Part shown: piece by piece, positions 29,627-42,351 of the stretch
How the letters are laid out: the number at the start of each line of letters is the position of its first letter
How positions within the stretch are numbered: the stretch's first letter is position 1
Notes under the pieces: model-generated
What the model was told of the DNA's origin: nothing
The model's database searches: none
The model's input: the letters and a program-made list of their open reading frames with translations, nothing else
Source of the DNA: an uncultured Acidobacteriota bacterium
Lineage (GTDB): Bacteria > Acidobacteriota > Terriglobia > UBA7540
DNA: 64,000 bases
NCBI GenBank assembly: GCA_963804995.1
Contig: CAWDSK010000003.1
Span: forward strand, 704,001 to 768,000
Direction: 5' to 3'
Program-made: the position numbers and the translations under genes

Positions 29627-30393
29627 TCAGTACCGCCACAGGAAGTAAATCGTCATGCCGGTCCCGACGCAGATGACGGCAGCGCGGGTCCAGCGCGGAT
29701 CGAGCTTCTGCGCGTAGTGCGCCCCGCCGTATCCGCCCAGAATCGCCCCCACGATCATCAGGATGGCCTGCGGCCACACCACCTGCCGCGCCAGGATGAA
29801 GGTCACCACGGCCGCCCCGTTGATCGAAGAACCCAGCAGCGCCTTCAATCCATTCATGGCGTGAATATCATCCATGTGGGTCATCTCAAGCATGGCCAGC
29901 ATCAGGATGCCGATACCGCCGCCAAAGAACCCTCCATAGATGGCAATCACCAGTTGCACCAGCGTGAGGCCCACGATGATGGGCCAGGATGGCGGCCCGG
30001 CGCGCTTGATCACCCCGCTCAGCTTTTGGGTCAGCCGTTTCCCAAACACGAAGAGCAGGGTGGCAATTCCAAACAGGTATGGACCAGGTGCATGAAGGTG
30101 GCCTGCGGCGTGTGCAGGAGCAACACGGCGCCCAATACGCCGCCGATCAGGCTGATCGTGATCAGCGGGACCATGAGCCTGGCGCTGCGCGGCAGGCGGT
30201 CGCGGTAGGCTCCCACGCTCGCCACTGAGCCCGGCCAGAGAGCAATGGTGTTGGTGGCATTCGCCTGGATGGGAGGCACCCCGGTGAAAATGAGTGCGGG
30301 AAAGGCAATGAAACTGCCGCCGCCAGCCACAGAATTCATAAGGCCGCCCAGGATGGCAGCGACGAAAAGGAGGATTCCATTAAGAAGAGTCAT
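29627..30393 (-). CDS. TSUP (TauE/SafE) family transporter, apparent 1-nt deletion near 30082
   Basis: NSVAGGGS, ANATN, YGGFFGGGIG; two overlapping ORFs. Confidence 0.82.
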
Positions 30394-30396
30394 GAT

Positions 30397-31565
30397 TTAA
30401 GGGATACTGGGTTCCGCCGGCAGGGCCTCTACCGTACGTTTCAGCCCTGTCAGCAGGAATTTGCCGTCGGTCGAAAAAGTCGGCTGATAGCGATACCGCT
30501 TGTCCGGCTGCTGCAGCACGAAGGAAAAACTTCCCGGCTCATCGGCGGGCGAATCAGCGGTCTGAAATATAGTGTCTCCCAGGAATTCCGGCCAGGTATT
30601 CTGGATGAACTGGTGAAAGGCATCCAGGGTGGGGGAATCCGAGTGGAGAAATTTCGCCGGGGCAATCAAGGCATAAGCCGCATGGTAATCGTGCAGGTGC
30701 AACGCGGAAATGAAACGATAGAGCGTGTAGTCCTCGTCCGCTGAGTACTCCGTCTTAACGGGAACGTAGGCAGCGCCGTTCCAATGATATACAGCACGAG
30801 CGCTGAATCCGCGATGGCCATCCTTGTCAAACTGCAAAAGGCCCGGGTCGGCGCGGCCCTTGACAAGCATATCCGCGGGGCCATCACCCCGGTCCTGGAA
30901 AGTCACCTGCCCATGGAGGAAGGGCGTGTACTGGCTTTCATCGGCCTGGGCATCCCATAACAGCTTCGCAGCATGGTCCTTGACCTGGAACACCAAGGGA
31001 TAAGCAACTTGGGATTCTCCCTCCAAGGTCACTACCACAATGGCTTTGCCCACCGGCCTTCCCAGGTTGACCGTATGGACAAGCGCATCCTCGATTCCTA
31101 CCGCCAAGCTTGAGGCCTTCCAGCGTGTGACATCCCAGGCGAGCAGGTAAACACCCCATAGCGGACGCGAGTCGGGGGCCGGCGCAACCTCCGCAGTCAC
31201 CTCCACGTCCGGAATAGCCCATTTCAAGACCATCTCCGGGACGCCATCGCCGTCCAAATCACCGAGCGAGGTAAGCGTGTTGGGTGGTGAACCCTGCTTG
31301 GCGCCCCCCGCTTTCTCATTAATGTGCAGAGCTTCCGCCAGGGCCTCGAGGTCAGGCTTCGTCACACCCAGGAGGCTCGCGCTGATTTCAGGCGGAGCCG
31401 TGTCGGGTTGTGCAATTTGGCTGGCCGGAACGTCCGGCTCCTCCTTTCATTCTGGGCTCGGGCGTATGTCGCGAGGCCCAGAAGGGTAGCGGTAAGAGTT
31501 AAGCAAACTAGCCCCTTGCGGCGGTCGGCTGAAAAGCGTGGGCGCTGGTACAGATCGTTTCTCAT
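30397..31565 (-). CDS. Secreted hypothetical protein with a DxDGDG motif, apparent 1-nt deletion near 31446
   Basis: Signal peptide in ORF 31362-31565 continues in the frame of 30397-31365. Confidence 0.6.
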
Positions 31566-31732
31566 GGTATTCAGTCATTATAGGACAAGCTTGATTTCTG
31601 AACAAATTTCATTATTAGAGGAGTCTTGAGGCGCTCGCGGGTTCATTACTGTAGCCTCTAAATCAATATAAAGCATTTTAAATCAATGCATTGAAGAGTA
31701 AAATAAATTCCAGACGGCTAAATCCATAAATA

Positions 31733-31759
31733 TTGGCACTCAACGCCTTAGAGTGCTAA
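31733..31759 (+). promoter_or_regulatory. CIRCE (HrcA operator) 1
   Basis: TTGGCACTC-N9-GAGTGCTAA. Confidence 0.93.
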
Positions 31760-31787
31760 TTCATTGATTCCAGGCCGAATTTGATGC

Positions 31788-31816
31788 TTGACAAACCCTT
31801 GCGCAAAGGATAGATT
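31788..31816 (+). promoter_or_regulatory. Sigma70-type promoter of groESL
   Basis: TTGACA-N17-TAGATT between the two CIRCE boxes. Confidence 0.8.
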
Positions 31817-31841
31817 AGCACTCTTAATAAGCAAGTGCTAG
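31815..31841 (+). promoter_or_regulatory. CIRCE (HrcA operator) 2
   Basis: TTAGCACTC-N9-AAGTGCTAG. Confidence 0.88.
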
Positions 31842-31993
31842 ACAGGCAAAATAATTTGCGGGACGGCATCAAACAAATCCAACTCAAGGCTGAATCCAAC
31901 TGGCCCAAGGGACTTTCGGGCGGACGCGGAAGCTGCTGAAGCCTCGAAAATCCGAAACTTGGGTCAAAACTGAGGAGGAAAGGAGACTCTACT

Positions 31994-32308
31994 ATGACCG
32001 TAAGACCTCTTCATGATCGACTGATAGTGAAGCGGGTGGAAGAGAAAGAATCCATCAAAGGTGGGATCATCATCCCCGACTCGGCAAAAGAGAAGCCGCA
32101 GGAGGGCGAGGTGATCGCTGCCGGGAACGGCAAGAAGACGGAAGACGGGAAGATCATCCCCTTGGACGTTAAGGCGGGCGATCGCATCCTGTTTGGCAAA
32201 TACTCCGGCACGGAAATCAAGATCGACAACCACGAGTACCTGATCTTGCGCGAGGAAGAAGTGCTGGGAGTGATTGAGCACGCGAAGGCTGCGACCGGAA
32301 AGAAGTAA
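31994..32308 (+). CDS. groES: Co-chaperonin GroES
   Basis: [19 protein letters not shown]. Confidence 0.98.
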   Translation: MTVRPLHDRLIVKRVEEKESIKGGIIIPDSAKEKPQEGEVIAAGNGKKTEDGKIIPLDVKAGDRILFGKYSGTEIKIDNHEYLILREEEVLGVIEHAKAATGKK

Positions 32309-32408
32309 GTGCGGCCGGGAATTTGCCGCGGCGATTCGTGCTGGGAAGCGCCGGCGGCGCTGCGGTAGCGAAATTGAAATCATAAACTCCGCCATCCTGA
32401 TGCACTAA

Positions 32409-34133
<1,725 letters not shown>

Positions 34134-34234
34134 TGTAGCGGCGGGTTTACCCCGCCATTCGCAAGCAGGCAGTAGGCAGCGAGCGCTTTGTGCGAGTCCC
34201 GACAGAGTCGGGAAACGCAGTAAGCAGCAAGACT

Positions 34235-34270
34235 AAGGGCGGGGAGATAGCTTCCCCGCCCTTTTTGTTT
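34235..34270 (+). terminator. Rho-independent terminator of groESL
   Basis: GGGCGGGGA/TCCCCGCCC stem followed by a T tract. Confidence 0.88.
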
Positions 34271-34367
34271 TCACATGGCGCGGAAGCTTACGCCTTTTGA
34301 TTTGCTTTTACGGGTCGGCCGCACTAGGCTGTCCTGCATTCCGAACGCGAATACAGGAGAGACAACC

Positions 34368-36392
34368 GTGGAGAAAGTGTTACTTGACGCAGGACCTGCT
34401 GCCGGCGCCTGGAGAACCGTCAGAAAGGCAATCGGCCGTGTCGCCTTGTTGACCTTGCTCGCCCCGATGCTTGGCGCCCTATTGTTCGTGGGACCTTTCG
34501 CCGCTCAAACCCCCGAGCCCAAATACCCCGCCTTGCCAAGTGAAATCCCTGCCAAATTCGAGCCCGTAACGGACAGCTTCGACTACGTCAAGCGCGATGT
34601 GATGATCCCCATGCGCAACGGCGTAAAGTTGCACACCATTATCCTTATCCCCAAGGGCTCGAAGCGCGCGCCGATTCTCCTGACGCGCACGCCTTACAAC
34701 GCGACTAGCCTCACCAGCCACGCCGAAAGCTCCCACCTGGGCCCGGTTCTGAGCGGTTACGACAACGCCATGGAGGTCATCGTGGAAGGTGGCTACATCC
34801 GCGTCGTGCAGGATGTGCGTGGCAAATACGGCTCCGAGGGCGACTACGTGATGAACCGTCCCCTGCACGGGCCGCAGAACCCAACTCCGGTTGATCACGC
34901 CACCGACACCTACGACACCATCGACTGGCTGGTGAAGAACCTTCCGGAATCGAATGGCAAGGTCGGCATCATCGGCATTTCCTATGACGGGTTTCTGCCC
35001 TTGATGCCGCTCGTGAACCCTCACCCTGCGCTCAAAGTGTCCGTGCCCATGAATCCCATGGTGGACGGCTGGATGGGCGACAACTGGTTTCACTATGGCG
35101 CCTTCCGCCAGCAGAACATGTCTTACATTCTCCGGCAGGAAGCGACGCGCGCCTCCGATGTCCAGTGGTGGACGGGCTACTTCGACGATTACGATATGTT
35201 CATGGAGGCCGGATCGGCGGGCGAACTGGGGCGGCAACATGGCCTCGAACAAGTGGGCTTCTGGCGCAAGCTTTTGGAGCATCCCAGCTACGACGCCTTC
35301 TGGCGCGATCAGGCTGTGGACAAGGTGTTGGCCGCCCAACCGCTGAAAGTGCCGGTGATGCTGGTAACCAGTCTCTGGGACCAGGAGGATATTTACGGCG
35401 GCATCGCCGTCTACAAGGCGATCAAGCCGAAAGACACCAACAACAACAAGGTCTACCTGGTGATGGGCCCCTGGAATCACGGCCAGGAAATTGAGGACGG
35501 CAGTGCGCTCGGCCCCTTGCGATTTAACAGCGATACCGGGCTCTATTTCCGCCGCGAGATCCTGCGGCCGTTTCTCGACCAATACCTCCAGGATGCCGCG
35601 CCCAAAGCCAACATCCCACCCGTCGTTATTTTTGAGACCGGAACGAATACTTGGAGACGCTTGCCCGGCTGGCCCGCGGGTTGCGCGAGCGGCTGCAGCC
35701 TCCACCCGACGCCGCTCTATCTCACGGCCGGCCTGAAGCTGAGATTTGCGCCGCCCAATCCAGGCGAAGCGGGGTTCGACGAATATATCTCCGACCCAGC
35801 CAAACCCGTGCCCTACCTCGCGCGGCCCATTCGGCCCATGGGCTACGATGAGGAGCACCCGTGGCCCCATTGGCTGGTGGAGGACCAGCGGGAAGCCTCC
35901 GGCCGCCCGGATGTCGTCGCATTCGTCTCTGACCGTCTCACCGCACCCATGAAGATCAGTGGTCAACCCGTGGCCAATTTGATTGCCTCCACCAGCGGCA
36001 CGGACTCCGACTGGGTGGTGAAGGTGATCGATGTTTATCCGGACGAGGTGGCGGGGCAGCCTAAGCTCGGCGGCTATCAACTGATGGTGTCTGCCGATAT
36101 CTTCCGCGGCCGTTATCGCGAGAGCCTGGAAACGCCCAAGCCTCTTGCCGCCGGCCAGCCCCTGCTTTATCGCTTCAACCTTCCCACGGCAAATCACGTC
36201 TTCCTGCCGGGGCACCGGGTCATGGTGCAGATCCAGTCAAGCTGGTTCCCCCTCTACGACCGCAATCCGCAGACCTTCGTGCCCAATATTTTCTGGGCTA
36301 AGCCCGGCGATTATCAGAAGGCCACGCAGCGGATCTACCACGCGCCCGACCACGCGAGCTTCATAGAGCTGCCTCTGGTCACGACACCCTGA
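34368..36392 (+). CDS. CocE/NonD family hydrolase (alpha-amino acid ester hydrolase-like), secreted
   Basis: RTPY, QDVRG, GISYDG nucleophile motif, GPWNH, SSWFPLYDRNPQ. Confidence 0.92.
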   Translation: MEKVLLDAGPAAGAWRTVRKAIGRVALLTLLAPMLGALLFVGPFAAQTPEPKYPALPSEIPAKFEPVTDSFDYVKRDVMIPMRNGVKLHTIILIPKGSKRAPILLTRTPYNATSLTSHAESSHLGPVLSGYDNAMEVIVEGGYIRVVQDVRGKYGSEGDYVMNRPLHGPQNPTPVDHATDTYDTIDWLVKNLPESNGKVGIIGISYDGFLPLMPLVNPHPALKVSVPMNPMVDGWMGDNWFHYGAFRQQNMSYILRQEATRASDVQWWTGYFDDYDMFMEAGSAGELGRQHGLEQVGFWRKLLEHPSYDAFWRDQAVDKVLAAQPLKVPVMLVTSLWDQEDIYGGIAVYKAIKPKDTNNNKVYLVMGPWNHGQEIEDGSALGPLRFNSDTGLYFRREILRPFLDQYLQDAAPKANIPPVVIFETGTNTWRRLPGWPAGCASGCSLHPTPLYLTAGLKLRFAPPNPGEAGFDEYISDPAKPVPYLARPIRPMGYDEEHPWPHWLVEDQREASGRPDVVAFVSDRLTAPMKISGQPVANLIASTSGTDSDWVVKVIDVYPDEVAGQPKLGGYQLMVSADIFRGRYRESLETPKPLAAGQPLLYRFNLPTANHVFLPGHRVMVQIQSSWFPLYDRNPQTFVPNIFWAKPGDYQKATQRIYHAPDHASFIELPLVTTP

Positions 36393-36405
36393 GGCGGAGC
36401 AACAA

Positions 36406-36593
36406 GAGAAAGTCAAAAGGCAAAATGCAAAAGGCAAAAGTAAAGAGCCTGGGTTGGCGGTAGCTGTCCGCTAGACCCTGGACCCCCCTCGCTCCCAGTC
36501 CCTCTCCCCACACAGGGGCGAGGACTGTAAATCCAAATCGCCGCACAACCGGCTTTGACTTTTGCGTTTTGCATTTTGCCTTTTGACTTTCTC
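36406..36593. repeat. Heptamer-tract inverted repeat (GCAAAAG type) enclosing a CCTCTCCC-family fragment
   Basis: Arms 36406-36449 / 36551-36593; same family as 24193 / 24817. Confidence 0.85.
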
Positions 36594-36639
36594 ATGTGGC
36601 CCTGCTGCGTTGCGCTACCCGCTGTTTCGTCCTTGTGAA

Positions 36640-36660
36640 GTATCTACGCATCGTATATAC
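36640..36660 (+). promoter_or_regulatory. Putative vapBC operator
   Basis: GTATCTAC-N5-GTATATAC palindrome 7 nt before the vapB ATG. Confidence 0.6.
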
Positions 36661-36667
36661 TTCCCAA

Positions 36668-36898
36668 ATGGCCATCACCAAGGTTTTTCGCAGCGGGAAC
36701 AGCCAAGCCGTAAGGATCCCCAAGAATCTTCGGTTTCGCTCGCCGCAAGTGGAAATCACCAAGCGTGGGAAGGAAATTGTGCTGCGTGAACGGCCCGCCA
36801 GTCTCGCTGCCGCCTTCGAGCTTCTCGCCGGCCTCTCACCCGACTTCTTCAAGGGGGGCCGCCGCCAACCCAGGCTGGATAAGCGCGCGGGGCTTTGA
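36668..36898 (+). CDS. vapB: VapB antitoxin (AbrB fold)
   Basis: KVFRSGNSQAVRIPK. Confidence 0.92.
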   Translation: MAITKVFRSGNSQAVRIPKNLRFRSPQVEITKRGKEIVLRERPASLAAAFELLAGLSPDFFKGGRRQPRLDKRAGL

Positions 36899-37329
36899 TG
36901 CGCTACCTCCTCGACACCAATATTTGCATTTACATTGCGAAGCGAAAACCCCACGGCGTCCTGACGCGCCTGGAACGTCTGAAACCGGGTGAAGTGGGCA
37001 TGTCCATCATCACCTATCTGGAGCTGATTTATGGCGCGTGGAAGAGCCAGCACCGCGAAGCGAATCTTTTGCGCATCCAGGGGCTGGAACAGATCATCCC
37101 CGTGCTACCCCTGGACGTGAGTACCGGCCAGCACTATGGCCGGGTGCGAGCCGACCTCGAAAGAAAAGGCTCACCGATAGGCGCCTACGATATGATGATC
37201 GCCGCACACGCACTGACTCTGGGGCTGACTTTAGTTACGAATAACACCTGGGAGTTTCGCCGAGTTCCGCAGTTGATCGTGGAGAATTGGGCGGAGGAAG
37301 AGCAGAAAGCGGAAGGCAGAAGGCAGTAA
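36895..37329 (+). CDS. vapC: VapC PIN-domain toxin
   Basis: LLDTNICIY, IGAYD..IAAHA, LVTNN..EF.RV. Confidence 0.95.
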   Translation: MMRYLLDTNICIYIAKRKPHGVLTRLERLKPGEVGMSIITYLELIYGAWKSQHREANLLRIQGLEQIIPVLPLDVSTGQHYGRVRADLERKGSPIGAYDMMIAAHALTLGLTLVTNNTWEFRRVPQLIVENWAEEEQKAEGRRQ

Positions 37330-37349
37330 GCAGTAGGCAGGGAACGAGC

Positions 37350-37487
37350 GTAGCGCGGACCTCCGCTTTTGAGGTCCGCGGTTCTTAACGCGAAAAACCT
37401 CAAATCCCAATGCCGGGGTTACCCCTGGATTCAGTAATATGGGTCTAATGAAGAACCGCGGACCTCAAAGGCGGAGGTCCGCGCTAC
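37350..37487. repeat. REP doublet, GTAGCGCGGACCTC family
   Basis: Inverted GTAG-palindrome pair. Confidence 0.88.
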
Positions 37488-37639
37488 GATTGCTTTTCCC
37501 TCCCGCCGCCACCCGCAACGAATCCCCCTGAGGTTTGACAACCCAAGCAAGGGGCAGTAAATTTGCCTCCCGTATCAGGGGTATTTCCGTTTAGTCGGGG
37601 AGCGCCAATGCCCCCCACACTATCCAAAAGGGCTTATCC

Positions 37640-40384
37640 ATGAAAAAGCAAAAACCGAGGTCGACGGGATTTTCGCGGCGGGATTTCCTTAAGACGGTGA
37701 GCGTAAGCGCGCCAACCCTCAGCCTGATGGCAGGTAATCCTGGTGGCATGGCAAGCGCGTTGCCAGAGCCCCAAACCGGCGACGTCAGCGACAAGTTCAC
37801 ACCCGTTGATTTGCAGGCGCACTTTACCTCCTCCTCCCGGGACTTCGGCAGGCGCGAGGGGGCCTGGGCTCTCGGTGGGGATTGTGCGCAAGACTTCCTG
37901 ATCCGCGTCCCCGGGGGAAAACATCACCTGCAGGGGATTCCCTTTACGCTAGGTCCCGCGGAGGTGGACAGCAAAGGTTGGATCGTCCTGAGCATGACGC
38001 CCAGCCCGACGGCCGTAGCGCGCGTCGAAATCCCCCTCGACCAGAAAGCGCATTATCTCCTCCTCGCTTCCTTCACGGACTTTGATGAGAACGAATCACT
38101 GGGGCCAGGCAAGGACGCCTTCCAAAAAGTGGGACAGCATCTGGCGGACGTGACACTGCTCTACGACGACAACAAAACCCAAGCAGCTCCTATCCGGCGA
38201 CGGTTTGAGTCAAACGGCGTGATTGAGCCCTGGGGGCATGGCAGTTTCGCGGCCCTGGCGCCGGGGAAGGCGCGAGGCACAAAGCTCACAGACCCCTTGC
38301 GCAACGCCATGGACTGGGGAAGGCAGCAGAATGGACAGACGGGTGGTGGCCCGGGCGTGGGGCCCGGGATGGGAACGCTCTGGACCTGCGCGCTTGCCAA
38401 TCCGGAGCCGGAGCGAAACATCCGAGCGGTGCGGATCGAGGCCACGGCGGAAGATTCTCTGGTGGTGTGCGGCTTGACGCTCTACCACCGCCCTCAATAC
38501 CCGCTGCGCTGGGAGCCTCGCGCCGTATACCAGATTACATTGCCCGAAGCTTATGGTCAGGATGAGAAGCGCTGGCAACTGGACCTCAACCTCGGCTGGG
38601 TGGGCCGGACATTCGTTCTGCCGGATTTCCAGCCTGACGTGTGGCTGGCCTCACCTGCCGCGGGTCTCGGCGAAGCGGCACAATTCAACCCCGAGAACAA
38701 GTATTTCTACGTTGAACTCGCCCCCAACGCGGCCGCCACCTTGACCCTTCAGGATACGAAGGCTGGTAAGACTTATACTTTCGACCTCGCCAAAGTTGAG
38801 GCAGCCAAGGAACTCGCAGCCACCGAGGGCGGCGGGCGCATTGAAATCCTTCAGCCGGCCCGCCGATGGATTCACGGCCGCGTGCTGGACCCCGACACGA
38901 AGAAGCCCACGCCCGTGCGCCTCGCCTTCCGCTCCAAGGAAGGGCGTTACATTCCTCCCTACGGGCACCGCGCCGAGATCAATGACGGGCAGTTTCAGGA
39001 CTACGGCGCGGACGTCAAGTTGATGGACACTTCCTTTGCCTATGTGGACGGCACGTTTCTGGTGGACCTTCCTCCCGGTGAGGTTTACCTCGAGATGACC
39101 AAGGGATTTGAGTACCAAGCCGTGCGACGAAAGCTGGAGATTCAGCCGGGGCAGCGCGAGCTGACGCTGGAGATTCCCCGCCTCGCCAATCTGCGCAGCA
39201 AAGGCTGGGTGACGGCCGACACGCACACCCATTATCTATCGCCCACCACGGCGCTGCTGGAGGCGCAAGCCGAAGGATTGAACCTGATCAACTTACTCGC
39301 GATGCAGGGGGGCGAGCTGTTTACGAACTTCGGTGACATCCCGCACGGGCCAGTGGTTTCTGCCGATCGCGAATCGATGGTTTGGGTGGGAAGCGAGAAT
39401 CGGCACCACCTGCTCGGCCACATCAGCCTCACCGGCATCCAGGGGACGCCGGTTTTCCCGCTGTCGGCCGACGGTCCCAGCGAGGCTTTGTTGGGCGAGC
39501 CGCTCTGGTCGAGCCTGGCGGAGTGGGCCGACCGTTGCCGGGAGCGCCAGGGATTGGTCGTGTCCCCACACTTTCCCTATCCCACCGGTGAAATCGCCGC
39601 CGACATCGTGCTCGGCAAAATCGACGCAGTGGAATTGTGGCCGCGCGATGAGCCTACACCGCATGCCACGGCGCTTGAGCAATTCGACACTTTGCGTTAT
39701 CTGGATTGGTACCACTACCTGAATTGCGGTTATCGGCTTCCGGCGGTGGGGGGAACGGATAAGATGGGAGCCTACATGCCGGCGGGGACCAATCGCGTCT
39801 ACGCCTACCTTGGCCAGGAGGAATTCAACTTTCCAAATTTCTCGAAGGCCGTGAGGTCGGGGAATACTTTTGCGACTACGGGGCCGCTCCTGATGTTTCA
39901 TGCCGACGGCCACCCGCCTGGAGCGGAGATTACGCTCGGGGCCGGCGGTGGCACCCTTGAAGTTTCGGTCCACGCGCAATGCTTCGTGCCCTTCCACCGC
40001 ATGGAGATTGTTTACAACGGCAAAGTGGTCGCCGCGCGGGAGGAGCCAGCAGGAGTCCGCACCATGCAGTTAACCGAGAAGGTCAAAGTTCCGGGACCGG
40101 GCTGGCTCGCCGCGCGCTGCGCTTCCCAGTTGGGGCCGACAACCTCGTGGTATATGAAGATCGCCGCCCACACCTCCCCCGTCTATGTGCGGGTGCCGGG
40201 GAAAGAATTATTCTCACCAGAAGCCGCCAACTATTTCCTGCAGCTCATCGACGGGTCGCAATTGTATGTGGAGACGCTTGGCACACGGCCGGAGCCGGAA
40301 GCCTACGCCAGGATTCGCAAGGTTTACACCGATGCGCGAGCTGAACTGCACCGCCGCCTGCATCAGCACGGGGTGCCGCATTAG
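37640..40384 (+). CDS. Tat-exported CehA/McbA-family (PHP-like) metallohydrolase
   Basis: SRRDFLK; ADTHTH, LLGH, GGTD, AHTSPVYV. Confidence 0.8.
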   Translation: MKKQKPRSTGFSRRDFLKTVSVSAPTLSLMAGNPGGMASALPEPQTGDVSDKFTPVDLQAHFTSSSRDFGRREGAWALGGDCAQDFLIRVPGGKHHLQGIPFTLGPAEVDSKGWIVLSMTPSPTAVARVEIPLDQKAHYLLLASFTDFDENESLGPGKDAFQKVGQHLADVTLLYDDNKTQAAPIRRRFESNGVIEPWGHGSFAALAPGKARGTKLTDPLRNAMDWGRQQNGQTGGGPGVGPGMGTLWTCALANPEPERNIRAVRIEATAEDSLVVCGLTLYHRPQYPLRWEPRAVYQITLPEAYGQDEKRWQLDLNLGWVGRTFVLPDFQPDVWLASPAAGLGEAAQFNPENKYFYVELAPNAAATLTLQDTKAGKTYTFDLAKVEAAKELAATEGGGRIEILQPARRWIHGRVLDPDTKKPTPVRLAFRSKEGRYIPPYGHRAEINDGQFQDYGADVKLMDTSFAYVDGTFLVDLPPGEVYLEMTKGFEYQAVRRKLEIQPGQRELTLEIPRLANLRSKGWVTADTHTHYLSPTTALLEAQAEGLNLINLLAMQGGELFTNFGDIPHGPVVSADRESMVWVGSENRHHLLGHISLTGIQGTPVFPLSADGPSEALLGEPLWSSLAEWADRCRERQGLVVSPHFPYPTGEIAADIVLGKIDAVELWPRDEPTPHATALEQFDTLRYLDWYHYLNCGYRLPAVGGTDKMGAYMPAGTNRVYAYLGQEEFNFPNFSKAVRSGNTFATTGPLLMFHADGHPPGAEITLGAGGGTLEVSVHAQCFVPFHRMEIVYNGKVVAAREEPAGVRTMQLTEKVKVPGPGWLAARCASQLGPTTSWYMKIAAHTSPVYVRVPGKELFSPEAANYFLQLIDGSQLYVETLGTRPEPEAYARIRKVYTDARAELHRRLHQHGVPH

Positions 40385-40405
40385 GGGGCATCGAGGAGAT
40401 TTGAC

Positions 40406-42322
40406 ATGTCCGCGTCAGGAGGGAACGACCGGTCCGGCCAGGCCCTGGGCATGAACCAGCGGATTTGCCGCCGGGATTTCTTGAATTCCACCCTGCTGGC
40501 TTCCGGCAGCTTGTTGCTGGAATCGCTCGCGCCCACCCAACTTCTGGCGCGCGATGATTGGACGGGATACGGCGGCGTCGGCGACTATGCCGATTCCAAT
40601 GGAAATACCCTGGAGGTCATGCGGGCCGGTCATGCCTTCCGCGACCACGTCTTTGACTCACCTCCGGGAGGCACGATCGACACAGGGGAAGTGTTTGATT
40701 GCGTCGTCGTGGGGGGCGGGCTCAGCGGGCTCGCGGCAGCACTCTTCGTGAAGCAGGAAGGAATGAGGTGCCTGGTGCTTGAAAACCATCCCATTTTCGG
40801 CGGCGAAGCCAAGCGCAATGAATTCATCGTCGATGGCAAGCGGCTGGTGGCTCCGCAGGGATCCAACACTTTTACAGCTCCTTTGCCGCAGAGCTTCATG
40901 GCGAAGTTTCACGATTTGATGGGTTTGGATTGGCGTGAATTCCAGTACCAAACGTGGAGCGGTCCCTCGCCGGAGATTCCCTTGGGCCGGAGCTTTGAAG
41001 ATCCGCAAACTCCCTATGGATTTTACTTCGGCGCTAAATTCGGGCAACGGCCCGGAATGTGGCTGATCGATCCGTGGGTCAAAAAGCTACAGGGCGCACC
41101 CCTCGCCGAGTCAACCCGGGTGGAACTCGTGAGGTACGGCGAGCAAGGCGGGGCCGGGCTGATTTCTGCTGCGCCCTTTGTCACGAGGAGCGGACATCCG
41201 GGTGAAAAACTCAGCGATGAGGAAGCGCGCCATTTGGACAGCATGACCATCGAGCAACATCTGATGCAGAGATTCGGCATCAGCCGCGAGACGATTCGCA
41301 CGTTCTTCATGGAACTGGGAAGCTCACACGGCGCCGGGCCGGATGTCGTCTCGGCTTACTGCACGAAGAACTTCCAGCGGGGAGGAGATACGTCGAACAC
41401 GCACTGCTTCCCGGGGGGCAATGCCGGCATGGCGCGCCACATGGTGAAGACGCTGATCCCCCAATCGATCCCCGGCCCCCGCACCTTATCCGCAGTGTGC
41501 CGCAACCCGGTGGATTTTCGCGCGCTCGACCGGGCGGGGCAAGCGGCACGGATTCGCTTGGGGGCAACCGTCGTAGGCGTTGAGCATGAGGGCGACCCCC
41601 AGAAATCTGGTTTCGTGAATGTGACGTACACGCGCCAGGGAAAAGTTTATCGCCTGAAAGCGCGGTCGGTGGTAATGGCCGGCGGGTCGTGGACCACCAA
41701 GCATGTTGTGCGCGACCTGCCTGCGGCACAGCGCGAGGCCTATGATCAGTTTTTCCGTTCGCCCTGTATGGTGGCGAACGTGGCGCTGCGCAACTGGCGC
41801 TTCCTGTATAAACTGGGGATTTCAAGTGCGGAATGGTTCGACGGTTTCGGCAGCTTCGCGGTGATCCACAAGGTCCCCACTTTCTCCCCTGCTGACAAAA
41901 CCCTGGGACCGGATTCCCCCGTGGTCCTGACTCTAAAGGTCCTTTATCACCATTACGGTTTGCCTCTGGAGGAGCAAGGGAACCTGGGCAGGGCGGAGCT
42001 TCTGGCCACATCTTTCCGGGAGTATGAGCGAAAGATTCGCGAGCAATTGACGGAAATGTTTTCGGCGTCGGGCTTCGACGCGACGCGCCATATTGCGGGA
42101 ATCATCCTCAATCGCTGGGGTCACGCTTACTGTAGCCCTCAACCCGGTTTCTTTTTTGGCAAGGAAGGAAAGCCCGCGCCGCGTGACATTCTGCGCTCTG
42201 CCCCGTTTGGAAGAATCGCTTTCGCCAACACCGACTTATCGGGTTCGCCGGCTAACACCACCGCGATCACGGAAGCCCATCGGGCCGTCGGACAGATCCT
42301 TGATAGAGCTAAGAGCGGTTGA
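40406..42322 (+). CDS. Flavoprotein of the spermidine dehydrogenase (SpdH)-like family
   Basis: LGM...RRDFLN, GGGLSG, FGGEAKRNEF, FPGGN, NRWGHAY, GRIAFAN. Confidence 0.8.
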   Translation: MSASGGNDRSGQALGMNQRICRRDFLNSTLLASGSLLLESLAPTQLLARDDWTGYGGVGDYADSNGNTLEVMRAGHAFRDHVFDSPPGGTIDTGEVFDCVVVGGGLSGLAAALFVKQEGMRCLVLENHPIFGGEAKRNEFIVDGKRLVAPQGSNTFTAPLPQSFMAKFHDLMGLDWREFQYQTWSGPSPEIPLGRSFEDPQTPYGFYFGAKFGQRPGMWLIDPWVKKLQGAPLAESTRVELVRYGEQGGAGLISAAPFVTRSGHPGEKLSDEEARHLDSMTIEQHLMQRFGISRETIRTFFMELGSSHGAGPDVVSAYCTKNFQRGGDTSNTHCFPGGNAGMARHMVKTLIPQSIPGPRTLSAVCRNPVDFRALDRAGQAARIRLGATVVGVEHEGDPQKSGFVNVTYTRQGKVYRLKARSVVMAGGSWTTKHVVRDLPAAQREAYDQFFRSPCMVANVALRNWRFLYKLGISSAEWFDGFGSFAVIHKVPTFSPADKTLGPDSPVVLTLKVLYHHYGLPLEEQGNLGRAELLATSFREYERKIREQLTEMFSASGFDATRHIAGIILNRWGHAYCSPQPGFFFGKEGKPAPRDILRSAPFGRIAFANTDLSGSPANTTAITEAHRAVGQILDRAKSG

Positions 42323-42351
42323 TAGTCGATAGTTGATAGTTGATAGCAAGC

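Noticed and set aside
34479..36215. 578-aa minus-strand ORF (likewise 33090-34004, 48076-49449, 55456-56496)
   Set aside because: Antisense shadows of well-supported genes, with no motifs
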